Positions 36,306-45,611 of a stretch of 64,000 bases of DNA are shown in pieces (positions within the stretch are counted from its first letter, which is position 1; each line of letters begins with the position of its first letter). Both the position numbers and the translations under genes were made by a program. The notes beneath the pieces are model-generated. The model worked only from the letters and a program-made list of their open reading frames with translations. It was not told where the DNA came from and did no database searches. The stretch is from a virus (Duplodnaviria > Heunggongvirae > Uroviricota > Caudoviricetes), in the IMG/VR virus record IMGVR_UViG_3300037454_000478, positions 58,449 to 122,448 of that record; one strand, given 5' to 3'.

Positions 36306-37645
36306 GTGAAACAAATGAAGATAACAGATTTCTTGTGGCCATCAAACATGAACCTGTAGCAGTCAGGTGGGCCAAACATGAAGTCGAGGTGGTCATGCAA
36401 CGAATTGCAGAAAGATCACCGGATACCCGATACGATCAAAGTTGTTATAATGCAGCTCTCGCGGCATTTGAAACCCTTTGTAAACAAGGACATACCGGTT
36501 ATTCATTTACAAAAACCTTTGCTATCCTTGATAGGATGTGTCGCCGTATGCCATTATGTCCCATTGAGGACGGAGATTTCCCCCAGCATGGAACCCGGAT
36601 CAACGATGGTCGCCGTGGATCTATCGGGAATGGTATCAAACTCGGTTTAACCAGTTATCAATGTCCTCGCATGACGAGTTTTTTCAAGGACGTATGGGAT
36701 GATGGTGTGATAACCTATCACGATAACAATAGGATGGATTGCTGTAACACGGAGAATATTAACGATATCTATTATTGGGGATTTGCGGCAAAAATCATTG
36801 ATGAAATGTACCCGATTAAACTACCATATTATCCGGATCCAAATCAGCATTTCCGTATTTACGTGACCCAGTTTACCGTTGATAACATGGATGTATGTGC
36901 CATCGACCGTATAGTTGAGCCATCCGGTGTTATTGTCGATGTTGACCGTTATTTCAAGTATACGGACATTCCGGATGAGGATTGTTGTGATTTTGTTGAG
37001 ATTACGAAAGAGGAATACGAGGAATTTAAGGCGAACCGCGATGTTTCCGTGGAGTCCATGTACGCCAATTTCATAATCAACGACCTCATCGATTATCAGG
37101 ATGAGCTAAAAGATGGATATTCCCGCCTGAAATATAAAGAGGTATGGGATGGCCACGATAATAATGCGTACAACAAATACAATCTTCGCAATATTTGGTG
37201 GACTCTTATGCGTAAGTTTAAGGACAGTGAGGAGGTCGAGAGGGTATTTGATACTATCAAAAAGAAATGTGGAGTATTTGTGGTGTATCCGGATGCCGGT
37301 TGGGATATTGTAAGTACATTATGTAGCCCGGTTGCTGCGGATGCAGCCCGGTTTGTTGATAAACACCCGGAATTTTATGATTTAGCCGGAACCATCGAAA
37401 ATGTACGTACACGGATCCGTGAGATCATAACACAATACATTACTCAAATGGATGAATTTGGTGATAAAATTATTGGAATCACTGGAGAAACCCCGGAGCA
37501 AACCATCGAGCTTCGAATTGAAGCCATTAAGGAAATTACTCACGAACTCGAACCCAATCAAAGTCCGGATGAAGAGGATCAATCGGAAAATATCGGAGAG
37601 AAAACGGACGAATGTGATTGTGGATGTTGTTGTGGATGTTGCTAA
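36302..37645 (+). CDS. hypothetical protein with a poly-Cys C-terminal tail (447 aa)
   Basis: Ends ...TDECDCGCCCGCC. Confidence 0.6.
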   Translation: MSETNEDNRFLVAIKHEPVAVRWAKHEVEVVMQRIAERSPDTRYDQSCYNAALAAFETLCKQGHTGYSFTKTFAILDRMCRRMPLCPIEDGDFPQHGTRINDGRRGSIGNGIKLGLTSYQCPRMTSFFKDVWDDGVITYHDNNRMDCCNTENINDIYYWGFAAKIIDEMYPIKLPYYPDPNQHFRIYVTQFTVDNMDVCAIDRIVEPSGVIVDVDRYFKYTDIPDEDCCDFVEITKEEYEEFKANRDVSVESMYANFIINDLIDYQDELKDGYSRLKYKEVWDGHDNNAYNKYNLRNIWWTLMRKFKDSEEVERVFDTIKKKCGVFVVYPDAGWDIVSTLCSPVAADAARFVDKHPEFYDLAGTIENVRTRIREIITQYITQMDEFGDKIIGITGETPEQTIELRIEAIKEITHELEPNQSPDEEDQSENIGEKTDECDCGCCCGCC

Positions 37646-37655
37646 TTGATTTATT

Positions 37656-37847
37656 ATGAATTATATAGATGCTTTTGTAACAGAGGTTGGAGAGATTTAC
37701 CAACGTGACGATGAATGGGCAAAGGGGTGGTGGTTCCGGGATGCCAAGTATGTAGCCGCCAACTGTACACCTCTCGACCATACGTTTATGTCCAAGGATA
37801 GGCAAGAACTTGAAAACATTACCCCCGGGTATAAATTTTTAGTATGA
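37656..37847 (+). CDS. hypothetical protein (63 aa)
   Basis: ORF. Confidence 0.35.
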   Translation: MNYIDAFVTEVGEIYQRDDEWAKGWWFRDAKYVAANCTPLDHTFMSKDRQELENITPGYKFLV

Positions 37848-37995
37848 AACGGAAGTCAAACGAAAAATATAGCAAGAAAAAACAAGGTAGGAAAAAACCG
37901 GCACCATACACCGGCCCCATGAAACCACTTCCGAAACCGGAAGCCGGATGCAATAATGGGCAGTTGTTTATGCTATTCAATCAAAACGAATAATT

Positions 37996-38259
37996 ATGAC
38001 AAGTCAGGAACTAATTGACAACGGATGGGTTCAAAGAGAATGTAAGATAGGAACCTTATATTTCAAAGGAGACTTTTTTGGAAAACTCCAAGGCGATGTG
38101 TTCGAGATGAGGAGCATGCGCGATGATATGTCATCCATCGGTACCGCCAAAACATTCGAGGATATCCGGGAAATCCAAAAGAAATACTATCAAAAGGAGG
38201 TCAAAGACTACGAGATACTGTTGGGAATGGCCAAGTTCAAGCTCAAGCAATTTGAATAA
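37996..38259 (+). CDS. hypothetical protein (87 aa)
   Basis: ORF. Confidence 0.45.
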   Translation: MTSQELIDNGWVQRECKIGTLYFKGDFFGKLQGDVFEMRSMRDDMSSIGTAKTFEDIREIQKKYYQKEVKDYEILLGMAKFKLKQFE

Positions 38260-38298
38260 AACCGGGAATCCCCCAAAATTTTTACGTCCGGAATTTTT

Positions 38299-38329
38299 GT
38301 TAAGTTTCGGACGTTTTCATTTATATATA
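38299..38329 (+). promoter_or_regulatory. conserved phage promoter plus shared leader
   Basis: gttaag at 38299-304 and tttatatata at 38320-29; ATG at 38358. Confidence 0.6.
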
Positions 38330-38357
38330 GGTGAAATTAAAAGGAAAGGAAAATAAA

Positions 38358-38648
38358 ATGAATACCAAGGATCTTTACCGCCAGCTCATTCAGCAAGTTC
38401 TCGTTGAAAACAATGTCAAATCCATCATCCGCATCACCGCGGTTAAGGAGGATTTCTTCGATCGCATCGAAGTGTATGCAAACGGTACCTTGGGTGTGTA
38501 TCGCCATGGCATGAGCATGTGTTTTGACAACTTCTATTTCGACTTCACCTGCGATTTTGCCCGCTGTCTCTCCTATATCGAGGATGAGATCTATATGCAA
38601 AAACGTGCCGGTAAACCCCAACATGGATATCAAGTAATCTTTAAATAA
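38358..38648 (+). CDS. hypothetical protein (96 aa)
   Basis: ATG after a promoter and the 33-bp leader shared with 57105. Confidence 0.5.
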   Translation: MNTKDLYRQLIQQVLVENNVKSIIRITAVKEDFFDRIEVYANGTLGVYRHGMSMCFDNFYFDFTCDFARCLSYIEDEIYMQKRAGKPQHGYQVIFK

Positions 38649-38655
38649 CACAAAT

Positions 38656-38985
38656 ATGGTCAAGCTACAAATTACAAAAAGCGTTGGTCAAAAAGACCAA
38701 GCCTCATACACCGAAGGGAGTGTTGGCTATGCCATCTGTAAGAACATTGCTAAACTCAACTCACTTGCTAACAAGTGCAATGTCAATGAGTTGATCGAAT
38801 TTCTTGACGCGGACGTCCGCGCATGTGTCACAGGCAAGGAACATATCCAGTATCTTGAAGATCTCATTGCAGATGTTCGCAAGCACAGTAACAGCTTTAT
38901 GTTCAACTATCGCCACCTCTACAACCTCTACCTTGCCGGTACCGGTAACGGGGGAGTAATGCGTAACGTAAAATCGATCAAATAA
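38656..38985 (+). CDS. hypothetical protein (109 aa)
   Basis: ORF. Confidence 0.45.
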   Translation: MVKLQITKSVGQKDQASYTEGSVGYAICKNIAKLNSLANKCNVNELIEFLDADVRACVTGKEHIQYLEDLIADVRKHSNSFMFNYRHLYNLYLAGTGNGGVMRNVKSIK

Positions 38986-38998
38986 AAACAAAACTCCT

Positions 38999-39211
38999 AT
39001 GATATACAGCAGACAAAAAGGCCACGTATTGATCATCGATGGCAACACCTTGGTCTATGATGGAACCCGATATGACCTTCCCAAAAGAATATGGAACCGA
39101 AATGGACGTTCGCTTGTTCAGGCCAACAATAAGGTGTATGTGGACGAGTACGCTTTCAAGAACGGAAAGTTCCGTTGGTCGTTTATTGGATTGTTCCATA
39201 AACTATTCTGA
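38999..39211 (+). CDS. hypothetical protein (70 aa)
   Basis: ORF. Confidence 0.4.
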   Translation: MIYSRQKGHVLIIDGNTLVYDGTRYDLPKRIWNRNGRSLVQANNKVYVDEYAFKNGKFRWSFIGLFHKLF

Positions 39212-39250
39212 TCATCCCAATACCACAAAAATCCTAAAAACATAACCATT

Positions 39251-39520
39251 ATGACTGACAACGAAGCTGCAAAAAAATACGCTGAATCATTGGGGGATGG
39301 CCTATATTTTGGCAATAGCCCAATGACCCGAGCCCGCATCCATGCCTTTATGAAGGGTGCAAATTGGAAAGAGGAACAACTGATCAAAAAGGTTGTGGAA
39401 TATTTGGATAGCCTTATGTACTACGTATCGGAGCAAGACCGAAGATTGGTTTGCAATTTTACGAAATTCGATGAGTTTATCGAAGATCTTAAACAAACAA
39501 TCTCAACAAAAAACGATTGA
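39251..39520 (+). CDS. hypothetical protein (89 aa)
   Basis: ORF. Confidence 0.45.
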   Translation: MTDNEAAKKYAESLGDGLYFGNSPMTRARIHAFMKGANWKEEQLIKKVVEYLDSLMYYVSEQDRRLVCNFTKFDEFIEDLKQTISTKND

Positions 39521-39523
39521 ACC

Positions 39524-40150
39524 ATGTACACGTTCCATAAAATCAAACTACCCAACTGGGACAAACCGCGCTGGTATCTCCGAGCCAACAGTATAACCGA
39601 TGTGTTGGATCATTTCAATATTGTTGGTAGACGTGAGATGGCCGCTGGCTGTAAGGAGTATGTTGAGAAAGCGGTTGTTTGTCCGGACGGTACCATGTGG
39701 CACCCTCACCCGGATACCCCGTTTGGCGTTGCAGTTAATGTAATCGAATCAACCTTGGGGATACCTTGGGTTCAAGCAGCAATCACGCTGGAGAATCAAA
39801 CCCTACAGGATCGTATCAGGACATTCCGTGACCCTAATTGCATCAACCTTTATCTTGCTGATAATATGACTTGGTTTTCGCAAAGCAAAAGCATGGTGGT
39901 TGAGGTAATTCAGGAGATTACCTCCCAAGAATTGGTGTATCCGGTTGATGCAGTATTCACGTATGATGATATCCGCACAATGAAATGGGATATCCCCGGG
40001 ATGTCCATCCGTGGCACACATTATTACGCCAAGGTCGACAAATTCGATGTTATTGGGCCCGATGGTTCGATGAAATGGGATACTGAATCGGAAGCCATAG
40101 CTGCCGGCAAGTGGTGGGTTGATGAGTACAACCGTAAGGCATCCGCGTAA
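39524..40150 (+). CDS. hypothetical protein (208 aa)
   Basis: ORF. Confidence 0.55.
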   Translation: MYTFHKIKLPNWDKPRWYLRANSITDVLDHFNIVGRREMAAGCKEYVEKAVVCPDGTMWHPHPDTPFGVAVNVIESTLGIPWVQAAITLENQTLQDRIRTFRDPNCINLYLADNMTWFSQSKSMVVEVIQEITSQELVYPVDAVFTYDDIRTMKWDIPGMSIRGTHYYAKVDKFDVIGPDGSMKWDTESEAIAAGKWWVDEYNRKASA

Positions 40151-40195
40151 AATTCAATAGATAGTACAGATATTTTCTCAACAAAATCTTTTGTT

Positions 40196-40810
40196 ATGAA
40201 GTTAACACCGGAATTTTTCGAGAACGACCCTAATTGGGTAAGAGTTGCGGATAGGTTTGCGCCGGATCGTATTATGTTCGAATCCAATACGGAGCATATT
40301 CAGGAATTTTGGCCTAAATGGGACATGTACCTGACGGTTACTTTCGGTATCGACAATCTCACCGGTGGACGTGGCGTATTTTTCCATCTTGACAATAATG
40401 ATCATGACACGATTGCCGCATTTGATGTGGAGACTTTGGAACAGGCGAATCAAATCCTTGGTGTATACAGCATACGCATTAATAAGGATTGCAATCTGTA
40501 CTTTGATCCAACATGGGCCGGTGATGAGGTTATTGCGGAGTTCGCACTCCCTATTGTGGCATCCCTTTTGCGTAAAACAAACGCATACCCACCGGATCTT
40601 ACATGGAAGGAGTGGCGTAAGATCCTCCGTAGCATCATCTTTGCCCTTCATCAGGTTCAGCATGACCGTATGATGGAAGCCCACGACTGGTTTATTGAGA
40701 AATACGGAAGCGGTCGCGATCAGTACTGGCCTAAATGGCTGGAGTATTTTGACAGGATCCAAGCCGGACTTGAAAATTTCGGTAAATACTTCTCATACCT
40801 TAATTGGTAA
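40196..40810 (+). CDS. hypothetical protein (204 aa)
   Basis: ORF; the antisense ORF 40202..40762 is rejected. Confidence 0.55.
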   Translation: MKLTPEFFENDPNWVRVADRFAPDRIMFESNTEHIQEFWPKWDMYLTVTFGIDNLTGGRGVFFHLDNNDHDTIAAFDVETLEQANQILGVYSIRINKDCNLYFDPTWAGDEVIAEFALPIVASLLRKTNAYPPDLTWKEWRKILRSIIFALHQVQHDRMMEAHDWFIEKYGSGRDQYWPKWLEYFDRIQAGLENFGKYFSYLNW

Positions 40811-40823
40811 AAAAATTCCATAT

Positions 40824-41432
40824 ATGAAAAGATCATACAATCCCAAAGAAGACCCCATTAAGGTTACTGTGGAACCTGTGGAAGGGTCATGGAAACGAGC
40901 AATGAATCTTGCCCGCAGAACAGTGGGTAAACCGGAACTCGATAAGGAGCCATCCAACAAATTCAAGTTCAAAGTCCTTATTCAGGAACATTCACCAATC
41001 CGCGCTGTGGAATACATTCTCCACTTCGAACGTATCCGTCAGTGGGTCACCGTCCACCTTGTCCGCCACTGGCTCGGATTTATTCCGTTTGTTCATAGCC
41101 AACGCGAGGATCGCCGCGTACTGGATGTTCCGCGTGATGAACTTCCACAGGGAGCGGAAAATGACATGGATGTTTTGGTAAACGCTCAAAGCCTTATCAA
41201 TGTTTCCAAGAAGAGACTCTGCCATAAAGCCTCACCGGAAACCCGTAAGGCATGGGAGGATGTCCGTGAGCAAATCCACAAGATGGATCCGGCAATGGCC
41301 GCTGTGATGGTGCCGGAATGTATCTATCGTGGATTCTGTCCATACGGAAAAGAGAGTTGTGGAGCAATTAAAAGTCCGTCCTTCCAGCAGTGGCGAGAAA
41401 ACTATATCGCCATTCCGGAAGTGGAATTTTAG
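40824..41432 (+). CDS. thyX: flavin-dependent thymidylate synthase ThyX-like
   Basis: IRQWVTVHLVRHWLGFIPFVHSQRE compares with the ThyX ARQWFRHRxxxxxxxSxR signature. The spacing is one residue off and the third residue is W rather than R. Confidence 0.45.
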   Translation: MKRSYNPKEDPIKVTVEPVEGSWKRAMNLARRTVGKPELDKEPSNKFKFKVLIQEHSPIRAVEYILHFERIRQWVTVHLVRHWLGFIPFVHSQREDRRVLDVPRDELPQGAENDMDVLVNAQSLINVSKKRLCHKASPETRKAWEDVREQIHKMDPAMAAVMVPECIYRGFCPYGKESCGAIKSPSFQQWRENYIAIPEVEF

Positions 41433-41446
41433 ACACACGGAATAAC

Positions 41447-42238
41447 ATGGAATATTTTGGCATACATTGGCAGATTGGTCGTCCGTGGGGTAACCATCAT
41501 CCGAAACACAATTGCTGGAACGCACCGGAATCCGTAGTATATAAGGATAATGTGTTGCAACTTGGTGTTGATTACAAACCAAGGATATTCGAGTTACCTG
41601 ATCCGGACAACCCTGGTCAAACGTACAAAAAACGGTATCCATGGTCGGTTGGGTATGTTACATCCACGGACTTTTTCAAGTATGGGTATTTCCGCTTTGA
41701 GTTCAAGCTTCCGCTCGGAAGACATTTGTGGCCGGCAATATGGCTTTCCGACCGGGATACATGGCCTCCGGAGGTGGATATCATGGAAGGTTGGACATGG
41801 ATGTACAAATGGCCATTTAAGCCGGAATCCGCGGATCGTATATACCGGATCAATCCGTTTGCCAACCGGATTTTTCCGAGTCTCCATCTCGGAACGAATC
41901 CGGATGAGCATCAAACGATATCGTTTAAGAAACTTAACGGAACCTGTCCAAGTTATCTCAACATCACCGGAGATAATGTTTGTGAACTCATTTGGGCACC
42001 GGATAGACTGGTTGTATATTATAATGGTCATAAGGTTATGGAGGAAACCCGGCCGAATGTTCTTAAATACTACAACGAAAGTAAAGGTATGAAGATCATT
42101 CTAAATAACTATGTGACCAACAATTTCAACATAGATGACTATATTCACATGAATGACCGAAAAGACATGTGTAAGTGGTTTTATATATATAATGTCCAGT
42201 ATAATCCGGACTATAAATTTAACCCTGAAACGAAATGA
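41447..42238 (+). CDS. glycoside hydrolase family 16-like (beta-glycanase)
   Basis: EVDIMEG fits the GH16 catalytic ExDxxE motif. The preceding WPAIWL resembles the GH16 beta-strand. Confidence 0.6.
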   Translation: MEYFGIHWQIGRPWGNHHPKHNCWNAPESVVYKDNVLQLGVDYKPRIFELPDPDNPGQTYKKRYPWSVGYVTSTDFFKYGYFRFEFKLPLGRHLWPAIWLSDRDTWPPEVDIMEGWTWMYKWPFKPESADRIYRINPFANRIFPSLHLGTNPDEHQTISFKKLNGTCPSYLNITGDNVCELIWAPDRLVVYYNGHKVMEETRPNVLKYYNESKGMKIILNNYVTNNFNIDDYIHMNDRKDMCKWFYIYNVQYNPDYKFNPETK

Positions 42239-43746
42239 AACACAAAGTAACATTCATTGGTGCCGGTTACGTGGGTATCGTTAATGCCTTGGGTATGGCG
42301 AGCCGCGGAGTGGAAGTATGGCTTGTTGACAATAATGAGGAACGTATCAAAAATCTTCAAAATGACATTCCACCTATATACGAGGAGGGTATAGAGCATT
42401 ATTTCCGCAGCTCAACTGTCCACGAAAATATGCATTACACTGTCCGTCTTGAGGAGGCTCTCCACAACACGGATTACGTGTTCATCACGGTCGGAACACC
42501 CCAGTCCCCGGATGGATCCGCGGATCTTTCCGCAGTGTTCGCAGTGGCACATTCCATTGGTCAAAAAATGGATCACTCCATGACGGTTATTGTCAAATCC
42601 ACCGTACCGGTTGGAACCACGCAAAAAGTCGAAAATATCATCGCAAACGAACTGGCAAACCGTCAGGTGAAATTCCGCGAAAATCTCATCGCCGAATATG
42701 GGGGTAGTTATATAAAGGATCATCCGGAAATTTATAACGAATCACCCCTTTGTATAGATTTTGGTATTGCCGATAACCCTGAATTTTTAAAAGAAGGACA
42801 CGCATTTACCGACTTCAATTACCCGGATCGCATCGTTGTCGGTACCTATTATGCTGATGATGATGTCAGGATAAAAATACTCGATCTATACTTGGGTATG
42901 GGCTTCCATGAGGATGTGATGTTTATGTGCAATATTCCATCGGCGGAACTTATCAAATACGCATCCAATAGCATGCTCGCCACACGTATTTCTTTTGCCA
43001 ACATGATGGCGGATATATGTACTGTGACCGGTGCCGATGTGGAGGATGTGATGACCGGAATGGGCATGGATAAACGCATTGGACATGCATTTCTCAAACC
43101 CGGTATCGGATATGGTGGAAGTTGTTTCCCGAAGGACATTGCCTCATTGTGTCATCAAATGCTTAATTCCGGTATTGATGGATATTTGTACGAAAAAAGC
43201 CTGCTTGAGGCGGTACGTCATATCAATTACAATGCCAAACAACGTCCATTTAATTTCCTCCGTGCTCATTTGGATAGCTTGGAAGGTAAAACCGTGGCAG
43301 TTTGGGGTGCGGCCTTTAAAGAAGGAACAGATGATATCCGGGAGTCGCCATTCCTTGACCTCATACATGATACATGTGCATATGATCATGTAACGTATAA
43401 GGTTTATGACAAGCTTGCGAAGGAAAACCTCTGCAGATTCCTTGCGGATCCGGCCAATCAGGACGACTATGTAGGTCATAACGAAATAATTGTCGTTGAT
43501 AGTATCCTGGACAGTGTTGAAGGAGCGGATGCCATTATTTTAATGACACCAGTGCAAAGGTACAAGAGCATCGATTTTGGTGTAATGCGTGAACACACCG
43601 GCAAGGAACACCCATACTTTTATGATTGCCGGAATTTCTATGACATTGATGATGTCACGAATATCATCAATGCAGGTTTCCGATACTCCTCGGTAGGACG
43701 ACAATTTAGTTGGTTAAGTCCATCCGGAAAAAATAACATAGTGTAA
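42235..43746 (+). CDS. ugd: UDP-glucose 6-dehydrogenase family (nucleotide-sugar dehydrogenase)
   Basis: N-terminal Rossmann FIGAGYVGIVNALGMA and catalytic GIGYGGSCFPKDI. Confidence 0.8.
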   Translation: MKHKVTFIGAGYVGIVNALGMASRGVEVWLVDNNEERIKNLQNDIPPIYEEGIEHYFRSSTVHENMHYTVRLEEALHNTDYVFITVGTPQSPDGSADLSAVFAVAHSIGQKMDHSMTVIVKSTVPVGTTQKVENIIANELANRQVKFRENLIAEYGGSYIKDHPEIYNESPLCIDFGIADNPEFLKEGHAFTDFNYPDRIVVGTYYADDDVRIKILDLYLGMGFHEDVMFMCNIPSAELIKYASNSMLATRISFANMMADICTVTGADVEDVMTGMGMDKRIGHAFLKPGIGYGGSCFPKDIASLCHQMLNSGIDGYLYEKSLLEAVRHINYNAKQRPFNFLRAHLDSLEGKTVAVWGAAFKEGTDDIRESPFLDLIHDTCAYDHVTYKVYDKLAKENLCRFLADPANQDDYVGHNEIIVVDSILDSVEGADAIILMTPVQRYKSIDFGVMREHTGKEHPYFYDCRNFYDIDDVTNIINAGFRYSSVGRQFSWLSPSGKNNIV

Positions 43747-43758
43747 CTCATTGAAAAC

Positions 43759-43786
43759 TAACGGGGCCCGCAAGGGCCCTGTTAAT
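43759..43786 (+). terminator. rho-independent terminator
   Basis: GGGGCCC-gcaa-GGGCCCTGTT followed by a T-rich run. Confidence 0.65.
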
Positions 43787-43811
43787 ATTTTATGGGTTTT
43801 TGTTATATATA
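43781..43811 (+). promoter_or_regulatory. conserved phage promoter (GTTAAT variant)
   Basis: gttaat at 43781-86 and ttatatata at 43803-11; ATG at 43842. Confidence 0.5.
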
Positions 43812-43841
43812 AACAGGAATAACCCCTTAAATTTAACTTCC

Positions 43842-44132
43842 ATGGGTACATTTAGAGCAATTGCAAACAATTTTGGCGATGTCCTTAACGTAATTCAAAT
43901 GACTGAATCCGGTACTGAAAAAAATACCCATATACCGGTAGTTTACTTCCGATGCGTTGAATGGAATCACGAGGCGGAAATCAAGCTGTGGTTCAGGATA
44001 TTCGATAAATCCAAAATGCAGGCTTATCGGGAATTGGATGGTCAAATGGTAAAACTTGACGGAATCCATCCAAGTTTTCACATGACGATAACCGATATGT
44101 TTGAAAAATTCGAATACATTGTTGAATTTTAA
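43842..44132 (+). CDS. hypothetical protein (96 aa)
   Basis: ATG after a promoter box. Confidence 0.5.
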   Translation: MGTFRAIANNFGDVLNVIQMTESGTEKNTHIPVVYFRCVEWNHEAEIKLWFRIFDKSKMQAYRELDGQMVKLDGIHPSFHMTITDMFEKFEYIVEF

Positions 44133-44152
44133 TACTCATTAACACTTTAATT

Positions 44153-44917
44153 ATGAAACGATTAGATCGTAAGGTAAGTATCTATGATACTGATACCCTT
44201 GAACCCATTGGCGATTACAAAGAAGGCCAAGTGGGTATCATGAAAGAAAATGAAATGGTGCTCGACTTCCGTTCGTATTGGCCAACTTGGTTGATATTCA
44301 TATCCCTTGTGATTGGTTTATGTGTTGTGAGCTGGAAAGTTTCCGATGAATATTGCGCGGCATTACACAAAATCAATCAACTCGAGGCGGAAAATTCCCA
44401 ACTCAAATCCCACATCGAGGTAACCGAACACGAGCTGAATGTGGAGATCCTTGCAGGTAAATATGCCACATTACGTACACCGGCACCTACGGATATGAAT
44501 GAGGTATATAAGATGTGTATCCAATCCGGTGCATGGTACCCGGAAATCATCATGGCCCAATACATCATTGAATCCGGATCGGGTACATCCCAAGTGGCAT
44601 CAAATGCCCGGAATTTTTACGGCATGAAGTATATTGGCACCAAGGGTCGACCAACCCTACAAATTCCGCATATGAATGTCAATGGGTATGGTATGTACCT
44701 TAATTGGCAACATTCGGTTCTCGATAGGGTTTTATGGGACGACTACGTGTTTAACAAGACCAAACCAACCCGGGAGCAATACCTTGTCAAGATCAGGAAC
44801 ATATACGCCGAGGATCCGAATTACATTTGTAAAGTCCTTTCCATCGCCAACGAATGGGCTGCTAAAACCGATTCGATCCGTATGGTAGTAAACCAAGATA
44901 GTCTGCTCATCCAATAA
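44153..44917 (+). CDS. peptidoglycan hydrolase (GH73 N-acetylglucosaminidase domain) with N-terminal TM and coiled coil: candidate endolysin
   Basis: AQYIIESGSGTSQVASNARNFYGMKY matches the FlgJ/AcmA glucosaminidase motif AQAxLESGWG..NNLFGIK. TM segment WPTWLIFISLVIGLCVVSW. Confidence 0.7.
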   Translation: MKRLDRKVSIYDTDTLEPIGDYKEGQVGIMKENEMVLDFRSYWPTWLIFISLVIGLCVVSWKVSDEYCAALHKINQLEAENSQLKSHIEVTEHELNVEILAGKYATLRTPAPTDMNEVYKMCIQSGAWYPEIIMAQYIIESGSGTSQVASNARNFYGMKYIGTKGRPTLQIPHMNVNGYGMYLNWQHSVLDRVLWDDYVFNKTKPTREQYLVKIRNIYAEDPNYICKVLSIANEWAAKTDSIRMVVNQDSLLIQ

Positions 44918-44929
44918 ATCGCAATAAAC

Positions 44930-45018
44930 CGCGTTTTTATGCGATATAAAAGGAGATCTCCCCCGCCCCTATATAGTTATTCGGGACAGAGGAGATCTCC
45001 TTTTATATGCGAATTTTT
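44930..45018. repeat. structured intergenic element, copy B
   Basis: Perfect 20-bp inverted repeat GCGATATAAAAGGAGATCTCC / GGAGATCTCCTTTTATATGCGA flanking the loop CCCCTATATAGTTATTCGGG. Confidence 0.75.
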
Positions 45019-45025
45019 GAGGTTC

Positions 45026-45340
45026 TTATTCGGGGGTATTATCACCGGCAACCACATCCTTCTTATCGGACGTATCATATTTGGTAAGGAACCACTTGAT
45101 CACATAATCATACATCAGGAATTGGACAAAGAAACTACAGAAAATAGCTTCCCTGTCATAATCGAGCCAATAAATACCGGCAATACCCAAAAGGATGGCG
45201 ACCACGGTGCTGATTACTCGTTTCCAGCCGGTTGACGGATCCTTTGGAATGACTTTGATGATCAAATAGGTTATTATGTTACACATGAATATGTAAACAA
45301 TATTCAAGTTGTTGATGATATTTTCAAGCATTATCTCCAT
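45026..45340 (-). CDS. membrane protein (2-3 TM; holin-like, speculative)
   Basis: Hydrophobic segments; first gene of the minus-strand block, opposite the lysin. Confidence 0.45.
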   Translation of the reverse strand: MEIMLENIINNLNIVYIFMCNIITYLIIKVIPKDPSTGWKRVISTVVAILLGIAGIYWLDYDREAIFCSFFVQFLMYDYVIKWFLTKYDTSDKKDVVAGDNTPE

Positions 45341-45609
45341 AGCGAAATGATTTTATTTAATGGCTTTTCAAAATCCGAAATACGTGCCTTGCTATCCACG
45401 ACCCTGATGTAAATGGACGCCCTATCGAATAGTTCGGTACCGACCAATACGAGAGTTGAATCGATGGAGGCTTGCACCTGTTTGTTTTTGAATACATCAT
45501 CCAATGCCTTTTTTGTTATACAGACTATTGGATATTTATTGTAGCTCACCAATTTATCACTCGAATTGTGAATTGGGGCCACCACGTTAATGATATAAGT
45601 GTACGTCAT
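45331..45609 (-). CDS. hypothetical protein (92 aa)
   Basis: ORF in the minus-strand block. Confidence 0.45.
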   Translation of the reverse strand: MTYTYIINVVAPIHNSSDKLVSYNKYPIVCITKKALDDVFKNKQVQASIDSTLVLVGTELFDRASIYIRVVDSKARISDFEKPLNKIISLWR

Positions 45610-45611
45610 AA

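Noticed and set aside
40202-40762. 186-aa minus-strand ORF
   Set aside because: Antisense to gene 40196..40810 inside an otherwise uniformly + strand block.
44939-45235. + strand ORF of 98 aa
   Set aside because: It starts inside the structured intergenic element B and runs antisense to the minus-strand membrane-protein gene. It has no promoter context.
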